IMG/VR virus record: IMGVR_UViG_3300014168_000008
Location: 1 to 40,789 of that record
From: a virus
Lineage: Duplodnaviria > Caudoviricetes
Reading direction: 5' to 3' (one strand)
DNA length: 40,789 bases
Made by a program: the position numbers and the translations under genes. This document shows, piece by piece, positions 33,426-40,789 of the stretch; the first letter of the stretch is position 1; each line of letters opens with the position of its first letter. A model generated the notes under the pieces. The model was not told the DNA's origin. It worked only from the letters and a program-made list of their open reading frames with translations, and did not search any database.

Positions 33426-35097
33426 CGAGACCTCCGGGCAGCGGTGGCAGCCCATTTGAAGTGACTGCCGATTCCATGGCCATCATACTCGCCTGCGCGA
33501 TTTGCTTCGCCTGCTCATCGATGAGCGGCACGCCCTGCTGTTCGAAGATCTGGTTCCACTGCTGCTCCTCGCGGAGCTGCTGCTGCCAGAGGATCTCTTC
33601 CTCGGTCATTTGCGCGCGGATGAGCGAGATGTGCGAATTCTCGGCGATCCGGCGTATCGCGTCGATGATCCCATTCTGGCCGATCATGCCGAAACGGGTA
33701 AATTGCCGGTGGCACTCCTTCATGTTGGTCATGCCCTGCGACATCAAAAGCCGCCCTGCTTTCATAACCGGTTCGAGGTTCAAAATCGCCTGCGCCCGCA
33801 CATGGTCGTCTTCTTCGAAAGGAACCCACTCGACCCGCGTCGAGACGTTGCGGCGAAGCATTTCGGTGCGGATGATCGAACCCATGTACTCTGAGCCCGG
33901 CATCTCTTCGATGATCAGCGCGTCGGGTTCGTGGAGCTTCAGCGTCTTCACGATCTTTTCGCCGAGTCCGCTTGGCGCATAACTGCGTTGCCAGGTGTCG
34001 AGCACGAAAACTTTGCCGCCGACGATCCGGGCCGCTGCGCCTTCCGCCTGGTCAACCATGTACGGCTTGCCGCCGTACGGCAGGCGCCAGCAAACGTAAG
34101 TGCCGTCGCCGATCGCGGGGATCTTGTCGACGGGATAGAGCGAAGCCTGCCACATCTTTTCCGGAAACGGGGATAGAGATGCGGTCAAAGGATCATTTTG
34201 CTGTTGACAGAGATAGGTGTAAAAATCTGCGTAAAAAAGATCCCGCAAGGAATCGTAATCCATCCCGGGTAGCTCGGCGAAATTGCAGATCACATCGTCT
34301 TCGAGCGGGAATTCGCCGGGGACCAAAGGGGCTCCACTAATGACCGTGATCGATCCACGGATGAGCGTTTTCCACTTCTTGGGATTCATCGTTTCGAGCT
34401 CGTGACCATATAAATCTTCGGGGCTATAGCGGGTACCACGGATGTTGAGAAAGCCGCCCATGCGAAGTGTGTTTTTGTTTGTGGTGTGCATGTTGATAAG
34501 TGCCTCGCGGGATTCAGGACTCGCGTGCTTGCCCGAATTGATGGCATCCACCACATCATCGCAGTTCAAGAGAAAGGGATGCCAACCAGCCTGCGCTGTC
34601 TTCGGCGAAGTGTAACCGATGGAGGGATCAATCGACGGGTCGCGCCTGGTCGAGCAGTCGTAGCAATCCTCTCGTTTGCGCTTGTTGAAGCCGATTTCCG
34701 GATACAACCGACCAAGTATTCCGCGACCAAAGTGCTGAACCGTCACTTCCATCATGCCGGCGGCGAGCGGCTGCGTGGCCGTCTCATAGAGCGCAGTGAG
34801 CCTTTCTGAGTGGGCCGCGAACCATTGCGCGGTGTCGACTAGGCCGAGGGTGGTTTTGAAACTTCCGCGGGGATCCAAGTGCATGCGAAAGTGGATCGGA
34901 TCCTGCTCCTCGATCGGGAGGGATCGGTTTTTCGGAAAGAAGAGGTCGACAGCCGGGCCGTGCAATTTGCGGTTGAACTGATTGAAGCCCATCGCCGCGG
35001 CTGCGAAAAAATGATCCGTCTCGAAACGGAAGCGCATCTCTTCGCGATAAGCGGGGTCTGTGTCCAGCCGGGCTGAGTCGACGATCGCCTCGATCAT
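33418..35097 (-). CDS. terL: terminase large subunit
   Basis: Walker A PRGSFKTT, Walker B LNCDD, GTRY..DLYG, QQQNDP; RNase H-like C-terminal domain with degenerate catalytic motifs. Confidence 0.88.
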   Translation of the reverse strand: MIEAIVDSARLDTDPAYREEMRFRFETDHFFAAAAMGFNQFNRKLHGPAVDLFFPKNRSLPIEEQDPIHFRMHLDPRGSFKTTLGLVDTAQWFAAHSERLTALYETATQPLAAGMMEVTVQHFGRGILGRLYPEIGFNKRKREDCYDCSTRRDPSIDPSIGYTSPKTAQAGWHPFLLNCDDVVDAINSGKHASPESREALINMHTTNKNTLRMGGFLNIRGTRYSPEDLYGHELETMNPKKWKTLIRGSITVISGAPLVPGEFPLEDDVICNFAELPGMDYDSLRDLFYADFYTYLCQQQNDPLTASLSPFPEKMWQASLYPVDKIPAIGDGTYVCWRLPYGGKPYMVDQAEGAAARIVGGKVFVLDTWQRSYAPSGLGEKIVKTLKLHEPDALIIEEMPGSEYMGSIIRTEMLRRNVSTRVEWVPFEEDDHVRAQAILNLEPVMKAGRLLMSQGMTNMKECHRQFTRFGMIGQNGIIDAIRRIAENSHISLIRAQMTEEEILWQQQLREEQQWNQIFEQQGVPLIDEQAKQIAQASMMAMESAVTSNGLPPLPGGLDG

Positions 35098-35273
35098 TTG
35101 AATAATTCGAGCTGAGGTGTGGGCTCTGCCTTCCTTGCCGCCTGAATCGGGTGAGGATGGTCATTCATGCAGCGGCCCAAGCGCCCATCAAAGACAGCAT
35201 GCGGCGTGTTCTTGTTGCATGTGGGGCAATAGGCTTCTGCTTGCGTGGTGTTTTTGGTGAAGTGATGCGGCAT
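35094..35273 (-). CDS. small Zn-binding protein with C-terminal QLELF
   Basis: MPHHFTKN..CPTC..H..C; ATGA overlap with terL. Confidence 0.6.
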   Translation of the reverse strand: MPHHFTKNTTQAEAYCPTCNKNTPHAVFDGRLGRCMNDHPHPIQAARKAEPTPQLELFK

Positions 35274-35280
35274 GGCTAGC

Positions 35281-35610
35281 CTACATCCCTGGCTCGCCGC
35301 CGCCAGGTGCTGGAGCTGCTCCACCGGCTGCTGGAGCGCCTTCGCCTGGCTCGGCCTCGCCTGATCCTGCGCCCTGGCCCATCGCCTCCTGGAGCGCGCC
35401 TGTGGTGGCTTCGCCGGCGTCTTCTGGGTTGCTGTGGACTCCGGCGACGCGCTCGGGCTCGGCGTGGTGGTCGGTGGGGTTGGTTTTGTACTGGTGGTGC
35501 ATGACCGATTCGCCAGTTGGCTTGCCGTGCTTGTCGCGCACGACTTCATGGATGACGCGGTGCAGGTGCTTTTTCGCTGCCTTCGGCTTCGTCTCTTTTT
35601 CTTCAGCCAT
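35281..35610 (-). CDS. His-rich low-complexity protein
   Basis: GAGGAG RBS; basic/His-rich N-terminal half, Gly/Ala/Glu-rich C-terminal half. Confidence 0.7.
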   Translation of the reverse strand: MAEEKETKPKAAKKHLHRVIHEVVRDKHGKPTGESVMHHQYKTNPTDHHAEPERVAGVHSNPEDAGEATTGALQEAMGQGAGSGEAEPGEGAPAAGGAAPAPGGGEPGM

Positions 35611-35613
35611 CAC

Positions 35614-35772
35614 CGCTCCTCGATTGTTGCCGGTCTCTCCCGGCCGTCACCGCTGTGCCATTGTGGGATTCGCGGTTGCTCGCCTTGTAACCGATGGCCT
35701 CGGCGGTGCGCATTACCTGAATAGTTCGCACCGAAACGGAACCTCTTGCCAGGAACCAGGGTTTCAACCTCG
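35614..35772 (-). ncRNA. candidate structured RNA in an intergenic gap
   Basis: hairpins CGGTGCG/CGCACCG (35704-35733) and GCCGG-GAGAGA-CCGGC (35629-35644). Confidence 0.3.
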
Positions 35773-36360
35773 TTAGCCGCAGGTGAGATTCTGCGTGTTG
35801 ATGGTTGTCGGCGTGCCGCTGGCGGCGCCGCTCGATGTGATCGAAGCGCAGAATTGCACCACCGGATCGCTGGTGGTGTTCGAAAATCCGGTGAGCACAT
35901 TCGAAATCGCGACCGTGGCAACCAGGCTGCCGTTGATGAAGAAGCCGATCGTGCCTTCGAGCTTGCCTGAAACTGAATCGAAAATAAATTTGCCGTTAGC
36001 CCAAAATGGCGCGCTGGCGGTGTTCTGGGCGATGGCCCCGCTCGATCCCATCAGGTTCCCCGACACGATAGCCGTGCCTTCGTAGACCTTGAGGGTGATG
36101 TTTCCGTTGGCGGTGGTCTTGATGTAGCCGGACCATTCGAATTCCCACGGGATCTGTTCGAGATTGGTATTCGGCGGGATGGCGCAGGAAAGAGCGAGAG
36201 CGGTGTTGGCGGGGTTGGTGAGCAGCGTTTCCGCCGTTGACGTGATCGATTGCAGCGCCGGAATCGGCCCTGGACCTTCTCCCTGCACGCTCTGCGCAAT
36301 TGTGTTCTGGACATTGGGCAGATTCGAGGCGGGGCCAAACGGCCTTTGATGAAGAGACAT
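35773..36360 (-). CDS. virion structural protein (possible distant paralog of 25675-26319)
   Basis: AAGGAG RBS; Ser/Thr/Asn-rich beta pattern. Confidence 0.75.
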   Translation of the reverse strand: MSLHQRPFGPASNLPNVQNTIAQSVQGEGPGPIPALQSITSTAETLLTNPANTALALSCAIPPNTNLEQIPWEFEWSGYIKTTANGNITLKVYEGTAIVSGNLMGSSGAIAQNTASAPFWANGKFIFDSVSGKLEGTIGFFINGSLVATVAISNVLTGFSNTTSDPVVQFCASITSSGAASGTPTTINTQNLTCG

Positions 36361-36407
36361 GGGGGAGGGCTCCTTTTTGGCGGATGACGCTCGCGGACAA
36401 GTCTAAC

Positions 36408-36944
36408 TCACTCCGCCGCTTTTTGGTCAACAGCTTTTTCCGGAAGTAACTCATGAGCCGAAATCAGCAGTTGCCGCCAGGCTCCCGTGAGCTTGTCGAG
36501 GCCGATCACTTCGTCGAGTTCCTTTTCGGGCAGTGTGCTCATGTCCGGTTCTCCTGCTTTGAAGAGCGCGGACTGGCCGAGAATGACCTTGCGCCGCTCC
36601 TCCAGCCGGGCTACAGCCGCGCCGAGAGCTTTGGCGAGGCTTCGGGCCAGGGCGCGCAGGGTGAGGCCGTGCGTGGCCTTCATGAAGCTCTGGAGCGTGG
36701 TGTCGTCCTGGTTCGCCTTCCACTGGCGCCACTGGCGAAACTCGGCCCACTCCTCCGGCGTCGAGGGGTGGTAGCAGTGCGGGCATTTGCCGGCGGTCAT
36801 CACCGCAACGCGGAACCTGCGCAGCGCGTTCACGCATTCTGTCTTGCGGCAGGTGTTGCTCCGCCGCTTGGCGCTGTCATTGGGAATCGGATCTTGGCAG
36901 ATCTGGCAAAAGAGAGCTGCCGGGACCGGCGCGGTGTCCTTCAC
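36408..36944 (-). CDS. Zn-finger protein
   Basis: GTGA coupling at 36944; CQIC..C...C..CPHC. Confidence 0.65.
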   Translation of the reverse strand: MKDTAPVPAALFCQICQDPIPNDSAKRRSNTCRKTECVNALRRFRVAVMTAGKCPHCYHPSTPEEWAEFRQWRQWKANQDDTTLQSFMKATHGLTLRALARSLAKALGAAVARLEERRKVILGQSALFKAGEPDMSTLPEKELDEVIGLDKLTGAWRQLLISAHELLPEKAVDQKAAE

Positions 36945-37162
36945 TTCACACCGGCTTTCTTCCGCGCGTCGATCTCCGCTTTGTTGGCTTCCAACTGCGC
37001 CAGGGCATCCTTGGTCCAGTACCACATCTCGCGCAGCTCCTCAAGTTCCCAGAGCTGCTCGCGAAGGAGCCGTTCGCATACTGCGAGCAGCTCGCGCGTG
37101 AAGTCGATCCGCTGTTCCGGCGTCATCGCGCGGATGTCCGGCACAGTCTTCGGTGCGCTCAT
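36941..37162 (-). CDS. small coiled-coil protein
   Basis: AAGGGG RBS; coupled. Confidence 0.65.
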   Translation of the reverse strand: MSAPKTVPDIRAMTPEQRIDFTRELLAVCERLLREQLWELEELREMWYWTKDALAQLEANKAEIDARKKAGVK

Positions 37163-37178
37163 TGATTCCCCTTTCCTC

Positions 37179-37553
37179 TCATATTTGCTCGAATTTCCAT
37201 TCGATCCATCGCCGCTGCAACTCGGCCTTTGCTTCCGGCGTTTGGAGGTTGCTGAAGCACCCGGTTGTCAGTTTCGAGAATGCCTCGGCGTCGTCGAAGT
37301 CTCCCCAAAAGTTGCCATGCATGCGCCCATTGCAACAGAAAGCCGCCGCTATTTCCGCGCAGATGAGGCAGGTTTTTGAATTCCAGTGCGAGCCTTCGGT
37401 GAATCCACTGGCTAGTTCGTAGCGCGCGCCCTTGGGGATTTTGCAGCCACACTCGATGCACTCCCATTCTCGGCGGGCGCGAACAATCACACACCTGTAA
37501 CCTGTCGTGTCGAAATCGAAATTGCCGCCGACGCACACGCCGCAGTCGCTCAT
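37179..37553 (-). CDS. Cys-rich hypothetical protein
   Basis: ARREWECIEC..I.KG.RY..KTCLIC pattern; coupled. Confidence 0.7.
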   Translation of the reverse strand: MSDCGVCVGGNFDFDTTGYRCVIVRARREWECIECGCKIPKGARYELASGFTEGSHWNSKTCLICAEIAAAFCCNGRMHGNFWGDFDDAEAFSKLTTGCFSNLQTPEAKAELQRRWIEWKFEQI

Positions 37554-37945
37554 AAGGCCTCAATGATCACCCGCATTTCAGGGCCGGTTTGCCGCTCTTT
37601 TCCTTCGTCGTGGATCTCGACGATGAGCCGTTTCACCCATGCGTCGGAGAGCACATCTCCCTTGCTGTTGCGAAACAGGCAGGCTTTCGCGCAGCAATCC
37701 AGGGGGAGTTTGTTGCGATTGTCCACATCGCCCTTTCCTTTCGGGCCGGGCCAGTAGTGGAGCTCGACCTGGAAGCGATCCGCGATCACGTACGGCTGTG
37801 GAGTTTTTAACTTCCGGATCAGCAGGGCAAACGAGTCGCAAAAGAAAATCGATTCCGGCGTTTTGCCGTGCCCCTTCGCGTGATCCACGTAGTGATTAAC
37901 CGACGGCGGGAGCAGATCCATGATGAAGTCGAGCCGGTTACTCAT
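37550..37945 (-). CDS. rusA: RusA-family Holliday junction resolvase
   Basis: LPPSVNHY, DVDNRNK..LD, SDAWV catalytic motifs. Confidence 0.85.
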   Translation of the reverse strand: MSNRLDFIMDLLPPSVNHYVDHAKGHGKTPESIFFCDSFALLIRKLKTPQPYVIADRFQVELHYWPGPKGKGDVDNRNKLPLDCCAKACLFRNSKGDVLSDAWVKRLIVEIHDEGKERQTGPEMRVIIEAL

Positions 37946-38069
37946 GTTCCAGCCGCTTTTTGAGATCGACGAGCCGGTAAAAGGTCCGCGATTCCTGGAT
38001 CTCGATCCCAGCCCAGACGCCGAGAGCAAGGCCCAGAACGAAGGCGGCGACAATGTAGGCGATGTGCAT
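37938..38069 (-). CDS. small membrane protein (43 aa)
   Basis: IAYIVAAFVLGLALGVWAGI TM segment; overlaps rusA start. Confidence 0.5.
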   Translation of the reverse strand: MHIAYIVAAFVLGLALGVWAGIEIQESRTFYRLVDLKKRLEHE

Positions 38070-38072
38070 TAG

Positions 38073-38081
38073 TGGTATAGT
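38073..38081 (+). promoter_or_regulatory. extended -10 element (possible leaderless transcript)
   Basis: TGGTATAGT 9 nt upstream of ATG38091; no SD sequence. Confidence 0.45.
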
Positions 38082-38090
38082 ACACCTACG

Positions 38091-38279
38091 ATGACGAACG
38101 TGAAGAAGAAAAGAAAATTTATTCTGCTCCAGATCCGATTCGGCTCCGGGGCCGATCACCGCCTGGTCAGACGCGCCGCGAAGCACGCGCGGCTGAGTAT
38201 GAACGCCTGGCTCGTTCGGGTCGCACTGGCCGCCGCAGGCCGGGAGTTGGCTTCTGGGAAATTGACTCCTGGCGAGTGA
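38091..38279 (+). CDS. ribbon-helix-helix regulator (Arc/HicB C-terminal/DUF1778-like)
   Basis: LLQIRF..HRLVRRAAKHARLSMNAWL pattern. Confidence 0.7.
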   Translation: MTNVKKKRKFILLQIRFGSGADHRLVRRAAKHARLSMNAWLVRVALAAAGRELASGKLTPGE

Positions 38280-38397
38280 GCTTTGAATCTCGCTGCTCCT
38301 TTGCAATCGCGGTCGCGAGCCGTTCGGCTTCGAAAAGTTCCAGCAACATCGGCGGCTTCACCGCGCCGTCAAGCGTTCCCACTACCCACAGTTGCAT
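38167..38397 (-). CDS. hypothetical protein
   Basis: GGGAGG RBS; 3' end overlaps the RHH gene antisense. Confidence 0.45.
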   Translation of the reverse strand: MQLWVVGTLDGAVKPPMLLELFEAERLATAIAKEQRDSKLTRQESISQKPTPGLRRPVRPERARRSYSAARASRRV

Positions 38398-38416
38398 AAC
38401 ATTTCCTCCCTTTCAT

Positions 38417-38692
38417 TCAACCTGTGATCCTGCGTGGTATCGGTTCCAATCCCGCGCCACCTGCCAGGCTGCGGCGCTTCTCGATCCGCTGCATGTCGAA
38501 GAACTCGGTTGCGTCGCTCGAATCGATTGCGTTGAGGAACTGGACTTCCACCTTGGCTGTAGCCACCAGCACCTGCGCCACGCCGATCACAGCCTTGGCG
38601 CGTTCCAGGTCCATCGGCTTATCTTCGTCCTTAAGCGACTCCATCACTTCGAACAGATGGTTGCGCAGATCGGTCATCGTGTTTTTCGGCAT
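38417..38692 (-). CDS. conserved small phage protein (HNH-adjacent)
   Basis: KNTMTDLRNHLFE..L.DE..ERAKAV..VA..AK pattern. Confidence 0.75.
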   Translation of the reverse strand: MPKNTMTDLRNHLFEVMESLKDEDKPMDLERAKAVIGVAQVLVATAKVEVQFLNAIDSSDATEFFDMQRIEKRRSLAGGAGLEPIPRRITG

Positions 38693-39515
38693 TCTCTCTC
38701 ACCTTTCGTTTCACCCGGCCAAGCAGCATGATGGTGTCTTTCAGCTCCTCCGGGAGGTTGTGGATGGAGTTGCGCAGCATCATCTCCGCATTCGACAGCA
38801 GCTCCAGATTCTCGATCGCGCAGTTGGCGCGGTCGCCGTCTTTGAAAACTACCTTGTGCCCTGGCGGGATCGGGCCGTGGTGTTCTTCCCAGGTCCTCCA
38901 GTGCAGCAGCGGCCAGATCTCTTTCGCCCAGCCTTTGGGCTCGCCATTGATTCGCTCGGCGATTTTGACGCGGAGAAATCCTTCAGCGTCGGCGACGACA
39001 GTTCCAATCGGTTTCCACTTCTCAGCCGCGACCCCACTGCGCTCGTTCTTTTTGAATTGTGTATCAGCCATGCGCCCTGGCGCGTAACCCGGCCTGCGCA
39101 GGCCTTTATTGGCGGGTATGTTCCCTTTGGGGTACCGGTAGCGGCGGCTCGGGTGGTTGGGGTCGGCGATGCGCTCACGCGCCATTTGGGCGATCACTTC
39201 ATCGCTTTTTTTGAGTCGCATCTGATGCGCTGCGCGATACAACTGGCTGAGCGTGCAGCCGAGGGAGCGCGCCAAGAGCAGACCTGGGACGGTGGGATAT
39301 TCACGACGGATTTTAGCTAGCTCGCGCGCCTTCCATTCCTTCCTCGCGATCAATGGTTTCTTGCTCTTGCCGATTCCGGTTTCGATCTGTAGCCTCCGGA
39401 CCGTTCGCGGTTCGGTGCAGCCGATTCTAGCGGCGATTTGATCGAGGGTCTTCCCGTCGAGTGTCATCGACACGGTGGTTTCGATTTTTTGCTTCGTCCA
39501 GGCGAATCGTTTCAT
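38631..39515 (-). CDS. HNH endonuclease with N-terminal HTH-like regions
   Basis: HWRTWEEHHGPIPPGHKVVFKDGDRANCAIENLEL; KGNIPANKG; QFKK. Confidence 0.85.
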   Translation of the reverse strand: MKRFAWTKQKIETTVSMTLDGKTLDQIAARIGCTEPRTVRRLQIETGIGKSKKPLIARKEWKARELAKIRREYPTVPGLLLARSLGCTLSQLYRAAHQMRLKKSDEVIAQMARERIADPNHPSRRYRYPKGNIPANKGLRRPGYAPGRMADTQFKKNERSGVAAEKWKPIGTVVADAEGFLRVKIAERINGEPKGWAKEIWPLLHWRTWEEHHGPIPPGHKVVFKDGDRANCAIENLELLSNAEMMLRNSIHNLPEELKDTIMLLGRVKRKVRENAEKHDDRSAQPSVRSDGVA

Positions 39516-40366
39516 TGCGTGAGTTCCTCTTGGAGCAGCTCCCGCTCGATTTCAGTGAGAGGCTTTCCTTCGACCCGCTTCTTCTTCGCGCGATCGATGT
39601 CTGAAAGTCCATCCCATCTGCCAACCCTGGCCTCGGCATCGAGAGCGGCTTTTTTGCCGTTGGTTTTGTGGAGGTATTTCTGGTCGGAAAAGTAAAAGCG
39701 GTTGATGGTTTCGCCTGCCGCTTTGTCGGTTTGAGCCATCGCCAGCAGCTTGTCTGCGGCTTTCGCTATTCCTTCGCTGGTCAGGTCGTGGGCTGAAAGG
39801 TGGCGGATTGTCTGAGCTGCTAGATCGCGGGTGCCGAAGTCTGCGGGCACGCCGAGCTTTTCAAAGAGTCTGGTCGCCGCGTCCATCTCCTCGCCGATTG
39901 CAGCCGAGGTATACACAGCTTTTCCACTCTGGTGGATATGTGGGCTTTTATCGCTGCCCGCGTCGGTAGGCGATACAGTGAGCGCGTCGGTAGGCGATGA
40001 TGGTTTCCCCCATCGCTCAGCGTTGGTGCGCTCTGCGGCCAATCTCTGGGCCTCGTAGGCGGCTGCGACGTTCGTCCAGGCTTCGAAGCAAACCTCGTTC
40101 CGAAGTCGCCCGTTTTCAAGAACATCGAATTTTTTGAGGATCACTGGGCCGTGGATGGCCCAATCTTCCGGAGAGAGGCCGGCGTTTGCTGCAAGCTGGG
40201 CTGGATCCGCTGCGAGGGTGCAGTCTTCCGAATCCCATTCGCGCAGCAGTAACCAAACGTAACCCGCCCTGGCTGTGGGGTGTAGGGCTTGGACGAACGC
40301 ACTGCCGGTAATGGCGTCGATGTCGATTGGAATGCGTCGTTTCCATTTCTTCCTGTTCTTCGGCAA
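39512..40366 (-). CDS. replication initiator (YdaU/DUF1376-like)
   Basis: ARAGYVWLLLREW..LA...GL..W..KF..GRLRN; low-complexity linker with iteron-like repeat; TTG start. Confidence 0.75.
   Translation of the reverse strand: MPKNRKKWKRRIPIDIDAITGSAFVQALHPTARAGYVWLLLREWDSEDCTLAADPAQLAANAGLSPEDWAIHGPVILKKFDVLENGRLRNEVCFEAWTNVAAAYEAQRLAAERTNAERWGKPSSPTDALTVSPTDAGSDKSPHIHQSGKAVYTSAAIGEEMDAATRLFEKLGVPADFGTRDLAAQTIRHLSAHDLTSEGIAKAADKLLAMAQTDKAAGETINRFYFSDQKYLHKTNGKKAALDAEARVGRWDGLSDIDRAKKKRVEGKPLTEIERELLQEELTQ
39959..39998. repeat. iteron-like direct repeat within the rep gene
   Basis: CGCGTCGGTAGGCGAT twice with a 24-bp period (SPTDA x2). Confidence 0.65.
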
Positions 40367-40393
40367 CTTTTTTTCGCTCTCTGCCCCAAGGGC

Positions 40394-40457
40394 GATACGA
40401 GGGGTCAGGAGAGGTGACTGCCCCTCGTATCTAACCGCGGGGAGCTACCCCCGGCTG
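40394..40457 (-). promoter_or_regulatory. structured 5' leader of the rep operon
   Basis: 11-bp stem GATACGAGGGG/CCCCTCGTATC (40394-40431) and adjacent GGGG-TAGCT-CCCC hairpin. Confidence 0.5.
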
Positions 40458-40498
40458 TTGATCCACGGTCTGCGAGCGCAGGTTTTGCGGATGAAGGG

Positions 40499-40528
40499 TT
40501 TATAGCCGAGATGTGAACGGGGCCGCAA
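40499..40528 (-). promoter_or_regulatory. putative sigma70 promoter of the rep operon
   Basis: TTGCGG-N18-TATAAA on the - strand. Confidence 0.55.
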
Positions 40529-40789
40529 TGGGGAAGGTGAGGCGAAGAACTGTGGAAACGGCGGAAATTTAGGTACTTACTCAACTTCTATGAAGATCTG
40601 TTTCTAAAGGGGAAGTATTTAACAGAAGTTAATTCAAATTAAATCAAATAGTATCCGACACGCTAGCGACACGGTGACCGTATCGGTTACCGATCACTCA
40701 CTGATGACTGCATAGTATGGATGTACATCCATGACAATAAAAAGAAAGTGGTATTGCCTCTGTAATTTAACGTGCCCCAACGGTGTAAA

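Noticed and set aside
1-40789. Integrase/att site, terminal repeats, tRNAs, alternative genetic code
   Set aside because: No recombinase motifs, no match noticed between the two ends, no cloverleaf found by eye, and genes are intact under the standard code with all three stops in use.

Overview
The window looks like a near-complete, GC-rich tailed dsDNA phage genome with podovirus-type organisation. No integrase, cI-type repressor, DNA polymerase, tRNA or CRISPR array was recognised. The host may be an Acidobacterium, but this is only an inference from the Flp pilin leader and signal-peptide style. A short + strand early operon (139-1197) follows a near-consensus sigma70 promoter and ends in a Flp pilin. 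Almost everything else is on the - strand. From right to left: replication initiator (YdaU/DUF1376-like), HNH nuclease, RusA, terminase large subunit, portal, scaffold, major capsid, a Dam-like methyltransferase, two adaptor paralogs, tail nozzle, a GNAT-like protein, three ejection proteins, a tail-fibre module, acyl carrier protein, lysis genes, and a second early operon with an SMC/Rad50-like ATPase. Most notable signals: (1) five proteins of the fibre module, including the probable chaperone, carry Sec signal peptides and even numbers of cysteines, suggesting export and oxidative folding outside the cytoplasm; (2) the major capsid protein has a hydrophobic N-terminal leader; (3) the methyltransferase has 14-aa tandem repeats where the DNA-recognition hairpin normally lies; (4) the terminase nuclease seems to lack its first catalytic Asp; (5) the phage encodes a Flp pilin and an ACP; (6) two small basic proteins share a C-terminal GNH[DE]PHNA[VI]G tag. 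All assignments come from reading motifs by eye; no database search was run.
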